Positions 1 through 9,332 of a stretch of 64,000 nt of DNA are shown piece by piece (positions within the stretch are counted from its first letter, which is position 1; every line of letters begins with the position of its first letter). Location of the stretch: assembly GCA_039028615.1 (NCBI GenBank), contig JBCCHT010000024.1, forward strand, positions 64,001 to 128,000, written 5' to 3'. The DNA is from Myxococcota bacterium. GTDB lineage: Bacteria; Myxococcota_A; Polyangia; Nannocystales; Nannocystaceae. The notes beneath the pieces are model-generated. The model ran no database searches. It was not told the DNA's origin and saw nothing but the letters and a program-made list of their open reading frames with translations. The position numbers and the translations under genes were made by a program.

Positions 1-153
1 GGTGGTGTCGCTGGCGCTGGTCGAGCCGGTACCGCCGCTGGTGGTCGAGCTGCCGCTGCCCGTGCCTCCGCCTCCCCCTCCGCCGCAGGCGAGCGAGGCC
101 ACCAAGAGGCCGGCGAGGGGCCAGGCACGGCACAGTTCGACGGAGACCAACAC
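1..153 (-). CDS. N-terminal fragment of a lipoprotein (continues off the left edge)
   Basis: Not in the ORF track. The reverse strand reads VLVSVELCRAWPLAGLLVASLAC-GGGGGGGTGSGSSTTSGGTGSTSASDTT: a lipobox followed by a Gly/Ser/Thr linker, like other lipoproteins in the window. Confidence 0.6.
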   Translation of the reverse strand, partial: MLVSVELCRAWPLAGLLVASLACGGGGGGGTGSGSSTTSGGTGSTSASDTT

Positions 154-292
154 CGAGCGAGGATCCCCCACTTTCGGGCCCGGGCTCAAGTCGAGTCGGG
201 CCGGGGGCGCTTGGCAGGGTCGGCGACCTCGTCGACAATGCGGCCTCGGATCGACGCATGCGGACGACGCAAAAACCCTACGGAGAGCAGCG

Positions 293-1459
293 ATGCCCCG
301 CCTACGTCTGAAACGGTCGCTCGCGCGCACGATCCGTCGCGGTCACCCGTGGGTCTACCGCGACGCGCTCGAGGGGCGCATCCCCGCGCCGGGCACCGAG
401 GTCTCGGTGACGGACGAGCGCGGCCGCGTCGTCGGTCGAGGCCTGGCCGAAGCGGGCCCGATCGGCGTTCGCATGTGGACGGTCGGCGACGAGCCCATCG
501 ACGACGCGCTGATTGGCCGTCGCCTCGACGCCGCGGTGGAGCTGCGCCGACGGATGATGCCCCGCAAGACCGACGCGGTGCGGCTGGTGCACGGCGAGGG
601 GGATCGCATGCCAGGGGTGGTCGTCGATCTCTACGGCCCGCACGCGGTGCTGGCCCTCGACGGAGAGGCGGCGCTCGCTCGTCGTGAGCCAGTGCTGGCG
701 GCACTGCGGCCACGCCTCCATGCGCTGGGCGTGCCCACCGTCCTCAGCCGCTCCGGGCCCCGGGGGCAGCGGACGATCGAGCACCTCGAAGGACCCGAGC
801 CTCCCGCCATCGTGCAGGTTCGCGAGCACGGCATGGTGCTGTGCGCCGACCTCATGAAGGGCCAGAAGACGGGCCTGTTCCTCGACCAACGCGACTCCCG
901 GGCCATGGTGCGGCGGCTCGCGAAACGAGGCCGGGTGCTCGACCTGTACTCCTACGTCGGCGGGTTCTCGGTGGCGGCGGGCAAGGGCGGCGCCCGCGAG
1001 GTGGTCACGGTGGACATCGCCAAGCCGGCGATCGGGATGGCCCGGCAAGCGTGGGCCGCCAACGAGCTGCCGCCCGAGCGCCATCGACCGGTCTCCGCCG
1101 ACGTGCCGGTCTTGCTCGAGACCATGGAGCACGACGGGGAGCGCTTCGATCTCATCATCGCCGATCCGCCGAGCTTCGCCCCGTCGGCCGAGACTCGCGA
1201 GCGAGCGCTGCGGGCGTACACGAAGCTGCATCAGTCCTGTCTCCAGTTGCTGGAGCCGGGTGGCCTATTGTTGGCCGCAAGCTGTAGCAGTCACGTCGAT
1301 CGCCCTGCGTTCGAAGGGGCGCTGATGCAGGCCGCGGACTCGGCCCGGGCCGTTCTACAGGTGATCGACCGGTGGGCTGCACCGCCCGACCATCCTCGCC
1401 TGCTCGCCTTCCCCGAGGGCGATTACCTCACCGTAACGTTGGTCCGTCGCGTTGCATGA
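293..1459 (+). CDS. rlmI: Class I SAM-dependent rRNA methyltransferase, RlmI/YccW-like (23S m5C1962 family)
   Basis: PUA-like N-terminus (IRRGHPWVY), RLVHGEGDRMPGVVVDLY, GQKTGLFLDQRDSR, VLDLYSYVGGFS, DLIIADPPSFA, SCSSH and FPEGDYL. Start placed at ATG 293 rather than 2. Confidence 0.85.
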   Translation: MPRLRLKRSLARTIRRGHPWVYRDALEGRIPAPGTEVSVTDERGRVVGRGLAEAGPIGVRMWTVGDEPIDDALIGRRLDAAVELRRRMMPRKTDAVRLVHGEGDRMPGVVVDLYGPHAVLALDGEAALARREPVLAALRPRLHALGVPTVLSRSGPRGQRTIEHLEGPEPPAIVQVREHGMVLCADLMKGQKTGLFLDQRDSRAMVRRLAKRGRVLDLYSYVGGFSVAAGKGGAREVVTVDIAKPAIGMARQAWAANELPPERHRPVSADVPVLLETMEHDGERFDLIIADPPSFAPSAETRERALRAYTKLHQSCLQLLEPGGLLLAASCSSHVDRPAFEGALMQAADSARAVLQVIDRWAAPPDHPRLLAFPEGDYLTVTLVRRVA

Positions 1460-1562
1460 GCGGCCCACCGGTCGTTCGGATCGATGCGTACTCGAGACCT
1501 CGCGTCAGGGCTGACGGGCCCGCGTTTTGCCCTGTACCCTCGGGGCAACGAGGAACCCCACC

Positions 1563-2174
1563 ATGCGCACACAGTTCTTGCTCGTACTCTCGATGGTTTT
1601 GACGGTTGCCTGCGACGCCAATGAAGATGGCGTCAAAGTGGGCGGCAAAGATGGTGTCGTCGTCGGCAAAGACGGGGTGAAGGTCGGCGGCAAAGATGGC
1701 GTGGTCGTCGACAAGAACGGGGTGAAGGTCGGCGGCAAAGAAGGCGTCAAGGTCGGCGAGAAGGGCGTCGTGGTCGGCGGCAAGGATGGCGTGAAGGTCG
1801 GCGAGGACGGAGTCAAAGTCGGCAAGGACAATGTCGTCGTCGGCCCGGGCGGCGTTCAGATCGACGGCAAGAAGCTCGCGGTGGGCGAGACCGAGATCGA
1901 GGGCAACGACGCGAAGTACCGCTGCCCGACCGGCGACTGTGCCCAGTCGTGTGCCGAGGGCAAGTCGTGCAAGGCGAGCTGTAGCGGCGGCGGCTGCAAG
2001 CAAGACTGCGGCAAGTCCAGCGACTGCAAGCTGTCGTGCAGCGGAGGCAACTGCGAGCAGACCTGCCCCGCGTCCGCGCCCAAGTGCAACCTGAGCTGCA
2101 GCGGCGGCGAGTGCAAGCAGGCCTGCGACGGGCCCGACTGCAACAAGAGCTGCTCGGGCGACGGCTGTGCCTGA
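1563..2174 (+). CDS. Lipoprotein with GV(K/V)VG repeats and a Cys-rich C-terminus
   Basis: Signal peptide ending LTVAC, about ten DGV(K/V)VG(G)K units, then 18 regularly spaced Cys. Confidence 0.75.
   Translation: MRTQFLLVLSMVLTVACDANEDGVKVGGKDGVVVGKDGVKVGGKDGVVVDKNGVKVGGKEGVKVGEKGVVVGGKDGVKVGEDGVKVGKDNVVVGPGGVQIDGKKLAVGETEIEGNDAKYRCPTGDCAQSCAEGKSCKASCSGGGCKQDCGKSSDCKLSCSGGNCEQTCPASAPKCNLSCSGGECKQACDGPDCNKSCSGDGCA
1627..1870 (+). repeat. Intragenic 21-24 bp tandem repeats encoding (K)DGV(K/V)VG(G)
   Basis: Recurring ggcgtcaaggtcggc / ggcaaagatggc units in the DNA. Confidence 0.8.
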
Positions 2175-3267
2175 GCCCCACGGCATACCGTTGCAGCGAG
2201 TCATCGGGCCGAGCGGACTCGGCCTGATGCTGCTGGCGGGCTGTCAGCTCGCCAGCCAGGGCGGTGGTTCGGCGGGCGCCGATGCGGGCGTCGCCGAGGG
2301 CACGACCACCACCGGGGAATCGTCGTTGACGCTCATGCCCTCGACCAGCGGGGTGGGCGAGCTGCCCGACTCGGGGGAGACGAGCGGTGTCTCGACCGGC
2401 ACGCCCACGGACGACCCCACCACGAGCGTCGACGAAACCGGCGAGGACACGGACGAGACTGGGACGGGGGAACGACCGTTGCCGCCTCCGCCTCCCTTTG
2501 TCGACGTCACGCTCGCGCCCAACCTCGGGTCGGATCAGCACGACTTCGGGCCGACCCTCCGTTCGGACCTGCTCGAGATTTACTTCGTGTCCGATCGCTA
2601 CAACGACCTGGACATCTTCGTGGCCACCCGAGTCTCGACCGATCAACCCTGGGGGCTGCCTCAGCTGGTCTACGGCGGCGTCAGCACGCTGGCCAACGAG
2701 ACCCATCCCGAGCTGTCGCCCGACGGCCTGGCCCTGGCGTTCTCCAGCGATCGCGACAGCGATGACTACGAGGTCTACTTCATCGTCCGGGACAATGTCG
2801 GCGGGCTGTGGAGCCAACCCGAGGTGATCCCGAGCCTCGGATCGCCGGGGCAGGAGTTCGCGTTGACGGCTCAGGCCGACGCTCAGACGGTGCTGTTTTG
2901 CTCCGATCGATCACCGAGCGATGGGATCGATGTCTGGCGGGTTCTGTTCGACGGCGCGCGCCATTCCGAGCCGGAGCGGCTGCAGGATCTGGCCTCGCCG
3001 GGCACCGACTGTCCGGGCACCAGCTCGGGCGACATGACTTGGCTCGCGATGGGCTCCGATCGAGCGGGGGGCATGGGCGACTCGGACCTGTGGATCGCCC
3101 AACAAACAGAGTCCGGCGAGGGTTACTGGCCACCGCATAACCTCGCCGAGCTCAACACCACCGCCGCAGAACGCGATCCCTGGGTGTCCGAGGATCTGGG
3201 AGTCATCTACTTCGCCAGTGATCGGTCGGGAGACCTGGAGATCTATCAGGCCCGCGCGCAGCGTTGA
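2167..3267 (+). CDS. Lipoprotein with TolB-like/PD40 beta-propeller repeats
   Basis: LLAGC lipobox; repeated P-x-L-S-x-D-G...F-x-S-D-R...D-I/L-W/Y motifs. Confidence 0.75.
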   Translation: MPEPHGIPLQRVIGPSGLGLMLLAGCQLASQGGGSAGADAGVAEGTTTTGESSLTLMPSTSGVGELPDSGETSGVSTGTPTDDPTTSVDETGEDTDETGTGERPLPPPPPFVDVTLAPNLGSDQHDFGPTLRSDLLEIYFVSDRYNDLDIFVATRVSTDQPWGLPQLVYGGVSTLANETHPELSPDGLALAFSSDRDSDDYEVYFIVRDNVGGLWSQPEVIPSLGSPGQEFALTAQADAQTVLFCSDRSPSDGIDVWRVLFDGARHSEPERLQDLASPGTDCPGTSSGDMTWLAMGSDRAGGMGDSDLWIAQQTESGEGYWPPHNLAELNTTAAERDPWVSEDLGVIYFASDRSGDLEIYQARAQR

Positions 3268-3300
3268 GGGCGGTTGCATCCCCGCAGGGGGTGCTCCAAA

Positions 3301-3945
3301 GTGGCCTCGGTGCCCGACGACGAGGATCAGGAGATCGCGCTGCTCTATGCGTGGCGGGCAGGCGATCGTGGCGCGGGCGACCGCCTGATGCGTCGGTACT
3401 ACGGACGCGTGCTCGGGTTCTTCCGGCTGCGTGCGATGACGGCCGCCGAGGACCTGACCCAGCGGACCTTCCTCGCATGCACCGAGAGCCGCGAGCGGCT
3501 TCGGGTCTCGAGCTTCCGGGCGTTCTTGTTCGGGGTCGCGCGCAACATGCTGCTCAAGCACATGGAAGCCGAGTCGCGGAAGGCCCAGACCATGGACGAG
3601 TTCGGGGTGGGCCGACCCCAGAGCGTGCTGAGCCCCAGCGGCGTCGTGGCGCAGCGGCGCGAGCACTGGCTGTTGCTGCGCGCGCTCGACCGCCTGCCCG
3701 ACGAGTCCCAGACGATAATTGCGCTGTTTTATGTCCAGGGGCTGCGGGCGCGGGAAATAGCCGATGTTCTGGGTATGCCGACGAGCACCGTCACTACGCG
3801 ATTGTCGCGTTCACGGGACACTCTGCGGTCCGAAGTGGAGCAACTTCGGGCGCCAGTCGAGGTTCGGCGCTCGTTGCTCTCCGATTTGGAGACCTGGGCC
3901 CGCTCTTTGGGCGCTCTGACCGAGTCGGAGTCTCACCCACGTTGA
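3301..3945 (+). CDS. ECF RNA polymerase sigma factor
   Basis: Region 2 (AWRAGDRGAG...AEDLTQRTF...FRAFLFGVARN) and region 4 (LDRLP...LFYVQGLRAREIADVLGMPTSTVTTRLSR). Confidence 0.9.
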   Translation: MASVPDDEDQEIALLYAWRAGDRGAGDRLMRRYYGRVLGFFRLRAMTAAEDLTQRTFLACTESRERLRVSSFRAFLFGVARNMLLKHMEAESRKAQTMDEFGVGRPQSVLSPSGVVAQRREHWLLLRALDRLPDESQTIIALFYVQGLRAREIADVLGMPTSTVTTRLSRSRDTLRSEVEQLRAPVEVRRSLLSDLETWARSLGALTESESHPR

Positions 3946-3981
3946 GGTGTCCCGCCATGGTCCCTATCATGGGACCCCGGC

Positions 3982-5439
3982 GTGAACCTCCCCGCCAACC
4001 GGCAGCACACCATTCGCGGACTCTCGCCGGGCACCCGGTTGGGTCGCCATGTCGTAGTGCGTCGACTCGGCAGCGGCGGCATGGCCGAGCTGTACTTGTC
4101 GCGACTCGATGGTCCCGAGGGATTCGTCAAGCCGGTCGCGCTCAAGTTGATGCACCCGCACCTGTCGGACGATGCTCATTTCGCGCGCATGTTCCTCAAG
4201 GAAGCGCGAATCGCGGCCACGCTCGAGCATCCGTCGATCGTGCAAGTGCTCGACGTCGGAGAGTTCGGCGGCGAGTACTTCATGGCCTTGGAGTACGTGC
4301 ACGGCCGAGACCTGCGTCGCATCTTGGCCGACCAAAAGGGCAAGCCGCCGCCGCTCGGATGTGCGCTTCGAATCGTGCTGGAGATCGGGCGAGCGCTGCA
4401 CTACGCCCATCGACTTCGTGACTCCACCGGTCGCGGCATGGGCATCGTTCATCGCGACGTGTCGCCCAGCAATGTGCTCATCTCGTACCAAGGTGCGGTG
4501 AAGCTGGCCGACTTCGGCGTGGCCAAGGTCGTCGAGCGCAGCACCGCCACCGCCTCGGGTTCGCTCAAGGGGAAGATGGGCTACATGTCGCCCGAGCAGT
4601 GCTTGCAAGAGCACGTGGACGCTCGCAGTGACGTGTTCGCCCTCGGGGTGGTGCTCTACGAGACGACCACTGCCCGCCGGGCGTTCCGTGGCGAGCAACC
4701 GGTGGCGGTGATGAACGACGTCATCGACGGGGTCTGGAAGGCGCCGTCCGAGCTGGTGTCCGACTACCCGTCGCGCCTGCAACAGATCGTGACCCGGGCG
4801 CTCGAGGTCGACGTCGAAAAGCGCTACGCGAGCGCGGAGGCGATGGTCGAAGAGATCGAGGCCTTCGCTCGGGAGGCGGGCATCGACACCCGCGTGGAGG
4901 TCCTGGCCGAGTTCCTCAGCGAGCGTTACGGGCAGCCCGCATTGCCCGACCTCGAAGTCGAGCAGCCCGAGGCCCCGCAGATCCGCAGCCTGGTCGCGGA
5001 GATGTCCGGCCAGGCGCCCATCGTCGAGGGCCCGGCGGCCAACCCCTCGCGACGCTGGGTCACCGGCCTGGCGTTGATGGGGGTGCTGGCGCTCGGGGGC
5101 TTGTTGGGCTGGCAGGCGGGGCGCTCTTCCGACGACCCCGCGGCCTCCGATCGAATCGATGCCCGGCCCGCGCCCGTCCAAGACATGGCGACCGCGGTGC
5201 CGCCGAACTCCGAAGCCGCGGTGGTCGAGCCCGCCGTGCCCGTGGCGGTGGCCAAGCCCGGCGAGGCTCAGCCCACCAAGGCTCCCTCCGTCGACCCGAC
5301 CACCGAGACGCCGACGGCAGCAACCGAGCCGGCCGAGGCCGCGCCCAAGCCCAAGGCCAAGCGACGCCGTCGAAAAAAGAAGCCCCGCAAGACCGAGACC
5401 GAGCGGGCGCGTGAGATCCTGTTCCCCGGCTCTCCATGA
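3982..5439 (+). CDS. Membrane-anchored Hanks-type Ser/Thr protein kinase
   Basis: LGSGGMAELY, VALK, HRDVSPSN, DFG, GKMGYMSPEQ, DVFALG; transmembrane segment (GLALMGVLALGGLLGW) and Pro/Ala-rich tail. Confidence 0.93.
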   Translation: MNLPANRQHTIRGLSPGTRLGRHVVVRRLGSGGMAELYLSRLDGPEGFVKPVALKLMHPHLSDDAHFARMFLKEARIAATLEHPSIVQVLDVGEFGGEYFMALEYVHGRDLRRILADQKGKPPPLGCALRIVLEIGRALHYAHRLRDSTGRGMGIVHRDVSPSNVLISYQGAVKLADFGVAKVVERSTATASGSLKGKMGYMSPEQCLQEHVDARSDVFALGVVLYETTTARRAFRGEQPVAVMNDVIDGVWKAPSELVSDYPSRLQQIVTRALEVDVEKRYASAEAMVEEIEAFAREAGIDTRVEVLAEFLSERYGQPALPDLEVEQPEAPQIRSLVAEMSGQAPIVEGPAANPSRRWVTGLALMGVLALGGLLGWQAGRSSDDPAASDRIDARPAPVQDMATAVPPNSEAAVVEPAVPVAVAKPGEAQPTKAPSVDPTTETPTAATEPAEAAPKPKAKRRRRKKKPRKTETERAREILFPGSP

Positions 5440-6209
5440 AGACCCTCGCTCTCCTCGCCGCCTTGGCCTCGGCCGAGCCCGCCGCGAGCCCCAGCCCCGA
5501 CGCGGAGGCCGGGGTGAAGGCGTTCGCCGAGGGTCGCTACGAGGACGCGGCCGAGATCCTGGCGCGCGCCTATGAGGACGACCCGCGACCCGAGCTGTTG
5601 TTCGCGTGGGCTCAGGCGGAGCGTTACGCCGGGCAGTGCGAGGGGGCCATCGTGCGGTATCGGCAGTTCTTGCAGAGCGAGCCCGCGGCCGACGTCGAGC
5701 AAATGGCCCAGGACGCGATCGAGGCGTGCCAAGAGGAACTCGACGAGGCCGAGCCCGAGCCGGAACCCGAGCCCGAGCCGGAACTCGAGCCCGAGATCGA
5801 GCCGCAGACCGCTGCCCCACCGGATGACTCCGGTCGGATCGATCGAGTCCCCCGGCGGGGCGTGGATGCAGCCATCCGCGATCCATGGGCCCACGCGTTC
5901 ACGTGGTCGGGAATCGCGGTGATCACGGTGGGGACGGGGTTGGTGGGCGAGGCTCATCGCCGCCGCGGGGTCTCCCGCCAAGCCATCGACGAGCAGGCCT
6001 ATCGCGACGCGCTCGAGGGCGCGCCGACGCTGAGCCGAGCCGGAATCGCCGTGATCGCGGGGGGCGCCGCATTGTTCGTAGCCGGAGTCGTTCGCTTTTC
6101 GGTGGTGGCCGCCCGAGGAGAGCCCAAGCGGGCCAAAGTCGCGTGGCAGGGCCCTGGGCTGACCTGGAAGTTCGACCTTGCTCCCGGGCGGGCCCGCGCA
6201 CTACGTTGA
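5436..6209 (+). CDS. Secreted or membrane TPR protein
   Basis: ATGA overlap with the kinase; TPR-like AFAEGRYEDAAEILARAY...LLFAWAQAER, an EP-repeat linker and two hydrophobic segments. Confidence 0.75.
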   Translation: MKTLALLAALASAEPAASPSPDAEAGVKAFAEGRYEDAAEILARAYEDDPRPELLFAWAQAERYAGQCEGAIVRYRQFLQSEPAADVEQMAQDAIEACQEELDEAEPEPEPEPEPELEPEIEPQTAAPPDDSGRIDRVPRRGVDAAIRDPWAHAFTWSGIAVITVGTGLVGEAHRRRGVSRQAIDEQAYRDALEGAPTLSRAGIAVIAGGAALFVAGVVRFSVVAARGEPKRAKVAWQGPGLTWKFDLAPGRARALR

Positions 6210-6213
6210 GCCC

Positions 6214-7656
6214 ATGCGCTGGGCTTGGGCCGCGGTCGCGACGATCGGCGGGGCCATCACTGGCGCCTGTGTAGACCTTCAGGCCTACCAGTGCACCGAC
6301 GACGCCGAGTGCCGGTCCACCGTGGCGCAGGGGTGGTGCGAGCCCACCGGGTTTTGCAGCTATCCCGATCCCGAGTGCGACTCGGGTCGGCGGTACAGCG
6401 ATCTGGCGGGCCCGCACGAGCGCGAGTGTGTCGAGGGCGGCGCGAGCTCGGGCGTGCTCTCCGAGACCACCGAGGACGGCGAAGGCAGCACCGCGGTGAG
6501 CAACCAGCCCGTCTGTGGCAACGGCGTGGTCCAGGGCGACGAGGAGTGCGACGAGCTCGATGCGGTCGACGGCGACGGGTGCAACACCGACTGCGTCGCC
6601 GGGGGCTCGGTCCGGTGGAGCGCGATGGTGGGCGGAGAGGTCGGCGGCGACGATCGCCTCTTCGGGCTCACGCGGCTCGTGTCCGGCGACGTGGTCGCAG
6701 TGGGCTACATCCAGGGCCGGTCGCGCGACGTCCTGGCCGTGCGCTTCACCATCGAAGGCGAAGAGGTCCAGCGCGTCGCCTACGACATCCACGGCGGAGG
6801 CGACGAGGCCGAGTCGGTCGTGCAGGACGCCACCGGGCAGCTCTACATTTGCGGGCTGTCGGTCGACGGGAGCATCACCAACCCGTGGATGGGCCTGTGG
6901 GACGCCCAGCTCGATGGTCCGCCTGACTTCGACATGCAGCTGCCCTTCGGGCTCATGGGCATCTGCCACGACATCGTGCACATGGCCGACGAAGACTTCG
7001 TCGCGGTCGGGGGCAGCGGAAACACGGCGTGGAGCTATCGCTTCTCGGCCTCGAACATCGACGGGGGCGTGGCCTCCTCGCCGCCCGGCGGAGGCGGGGG
7101 CGGCGAGAGCCGGCTGCGGGCGTCGTTTCAAGACCCCGAGGGCGCTCTGTGGGCCGCGGGTCAGCTCGGCGGGTCCGGGGTCGCGTACATGGTGCCGCCC
7201 TCGGGTGAGCTCGGGACATCGATCTTCGAACTCCCGGAGACCCAGCTCCAGGCGATGGCCGTGGCTGGCGACACCATGATCGTGGGGGGCTTTCGCTCCA
7301 CCGTCGAGAGCCTCGCCGACCTGTGGATCTCGGGCCACGGCTTGGGCGGGGAGCAGCGCTGGAGCTTCAACCCCACCGAGCACCTGCTCGACGACGAAGT
7401 CGAGGACCTCGCGCTCGATCCCGCGGGCAACATCTACGCCATTGGCCACGTGTCCCGGGACAACCCCGATCGATGGGTCATCAAGCTCGATCCCGAGGGG
7501 CAGGTCATCTGGGAGCGCGACGACTACGAAGGCTCGGACGGCATCGATCGCGGCCGCTCGATCGTGGTCCTGCCCAACGGCGACCTGATGGTGGTGGCCG
7601 AGGTCACCACCGAAGCGGGTGACCTCGACGGCTGGATTGCTAGACTCGCCCCGTGA
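6214..7656 (+). CDS. Cys-rich lipoprotein with a myxobacterial CGNG repeat (DUF4215-like) and a beta-propeller-like C-terminus
   Basis: ITGAC lipobox; VCGNGVVQGDEECD...DGCNTDC; repeats such as DPAGNIYAIG and WVIKLDPEGQVIW. Confidence 0.75.
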   Translation: MRWAWAAVATIGGAITGACVDLQAYQCTDDAECRSTVAQGWCEPTGFCSYPDPECDSGRRYSDLAGPHERECVEGGASSGVLSETTEDGEGSTAVSNQPVCGNGVVQGDEECDELDAVDGDGCNTDCVAGGSVRWSAMVGGEVGGDDRLFGLTRLVSGDVVAVGYIQGRSRDVLAVRFTIEGEEVQRVAYDIHGGGDEAESVVQDATGQLYICGLSVDGSITNPWMGLWDAQLDGPPDFDMQLPFGLMGICHDIVHMADEDFVAVGGSGNTAWSYRFSASNIDGGVASSPPGGGGGGESRLRASFQDPEGALWAAGQLGGSGVAYMVPPSGELGTSIFELPETQLQAMAVAGDTMIVGGFRSTVESLADLWISGHGLGGEQRWSFNPTEHLLDDEVEDLALDPAGNIYAIGHVSRDNPDRWVIKLDPEGQVIWERDDYEGSDGIDRGRSIVVLPNGDLMVVAEVTTEAGDLDGWIARLAP

Positions 7657-9263
7657 GCACTCGTGAGCCCGACCAGGCTCTGGCCACGGAGCTGCTGAGG
7701 CTCCGCGTTTCGTCGCCACGCGGGAGTGCGCGGGCCGGGCAGATCCTGAATGAACTCGAGGGATCGGGGCGGATGGCGGACGCCTATGCGCTCGTGCGCA
7801 TGGCCGTGGGGTCGAGCTGGCCCCGCGCGCTGCGGGTGCGGGCGGCGGCGGTGGTGAGCACCGTGGTGGCTCGAGTGCCGCCCGCTCGCCTGCCGCGGCT
7901 GGACGAAGGCGTCCGCGACATGGGCTGGGGCCGGGAGGTGACCGGGATCGACTCGTGGGCGGCCTTGAGCCCCGCCGACCTGCCCGCGGCCGTGCCGAAC
8001 ATGGCCGACCCGACGCCGCTCTACGGTCTGCTCAGCTGCCATCGCAGCGGCTACGTACGAGAGGCCGCCATCGCTCGGCTGGCCACCGCACCCGGTGGTC
8101 TGCGTTGGTTGTTGCTGCGCGTCAACGACTGGGTCGCGCCAGTTCGCATCCGAGCCCTCACCGCGATCACCGAGCGCTTCGAGGGCGAGCAGCCCGGCGA
8201 GGTCATGGCCTGCCTCCCCCTGGTGTTTCGCCTCCTGCGGCTGTCGCGGATGGATCACCGCGGGCTGGTGAAGCGCTTCGTCGACCGACTGGGGGACATC
8301 TCCGTCGAAGCCCTGGGGCAGGGGTTCGAGGCCGGCGATCGATATACCAAGCGAGCCGTGCTGCGATGGATGTCCGAGTCCGGGCGCATCCACCCGGAGC
8401 TGGTAGCCCGGGGAATCGACGACGACGACCTGGTCGTGCGGTTGCGGGCGGCGGCCCTCGTCGGGGAGTGCCCCGAAGAGCACGCCGAGGTGCTGCGCGA
8501 GCGCCTGTGCTGGAATCGTTCGAGTCGGCTGCGTGTGCAGGGCTTCGAGCTGCTCCTGCAGGCGGGGTCGCGCCGGTTGCTCACGTGGATGCGCCGCGGC
8601 ATCGATGACGTCGATCGAGATGTTCGCAAGCTCGCGTCCGAGTGGTGGAGGCAGCGGCATCCCGGCTTCGATCTTCTCGCGCACTACCGGGCAGAGATCG
8701 ACGCCGGTCGGGCCACGCCGGGCAAGCTCCGAGGCTTGGCGGCGGCAGGGGAACCGGCGGATTGGGAACGCCTGGTGGAGTGCCTCGATGCCCGGCCGGC
8801 GGTGGCCCGAGAGGCGCTCGAAGCCATGCGTCGGCTCGACGCCGAGGGCTCTCGCGAGTGCCGCATGATGATGGTCGACGACGAGCGGGGGGGCGTCAGC
8901 CGGGTCGCCACGTACACGCTGGTCCACGAGGTTCGAGCCTCGGACGAGCCCGTCTTGCGCGAGTATCTCGGCTCCGAGCATCGTCACGTGCGGCGCCGAG
9001 CCATGCGCCTGGTCTCGAACCTGACGCGCTGGAGGCCGGGGCTGGTCTTGCTCGAGGCCGACCTCGATGCGGAGGACGATGAGTCTCGGTACGCGGCGCT
9101 CGATCGTTGGGCAACGATCATCGGCAGCTATCGCGCGGAGGTGACCGGCGAAGAAGCGCGGGCGCTGCGTCGTCTGCTGCAACGCCACCCCAATTGGCCC
9201 CGTGCACCGCGGGTGTTGCAGCTGCTCGAGATCGTCGAGGCCGACGTGTCTGCAACCAACTAA
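7653..9263 (+). CDS. HEAT/ARM-repeat protein
   Basis: GTGA overlap; SGYVREAAIARL, LLLRVNDWVAPVR, DDDDLVVRLRAA, DVDRDVRKLA and SEHRHVRRRA helical repeats. Confidence 0.7.
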   Translation: MSTREPDQALATELLRLRVSSPRGSARAGQILNELEGSGRMADAYALVRMAVGSSWPRALRVRAAAVVSTVVARVPPARLPRLDEGVRDMGWGREVTGIDSWAALSPADLPAAVPNMADPTPLYGLLSCHRSGYVREAAIARLATAPGGLRWLLLRVNDWVAPVRIRALTAITERFEGEQPGEVMACLPLVFRLLRLSRMDHRGLVKRFVDRLGDISVEALGQGFEAGDRYTKRAVLRWMSESGRIHPELVARGIDDDDLVVRLRAAALVGECPEEHAEVLRERLCWNRSSRLRVQGFELLLQAGSRRLLTWMRRGIDDVDRDVRKLASEWWRQRHPGFDLLAHYRAEIDAGRATPGKLRGLAAAGEPADWERLVECLDARPAVAREALEAMRRLDAEGSRECRMMMVDDERGGVSRVATYTLVHEVRASDEPVLREYLGSEHRHVRRRAMRLVSNLTRWRPGLVLLEADLDAEDDESRYAALDRWATIIGSYRAEVTGEEARALRRLLQRHPNWPRAPRVLQLLEIVEADVSATN

Positions 9264-9264
9264 A

Positions 9265-9311
9265 GGGCCGAGCCCCGGCCGCGAGCGGGTGCTCACGGCG
9301 GGACTCGGCCC
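9265..9311. terminator. Imperfect inverted repeat between convergent genes, possibly a bidirectional terminator
   Basis: GGGCCGAG...CTCGGCCC outer arms with an inner GAGC-GGGT-GCTC stem; no strong U tract. Confidence 0.45.
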
Positions 9312-9332
9312 GTTTCGTTCGGCCGTGGTGGC

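Noticed and set aside
5748..5805. GAGCCC/GAACCC short tandem repeats
   Set aside because: They encode an ordinary Glu-Pro linker in the TPR protein; no sign of phase variation.
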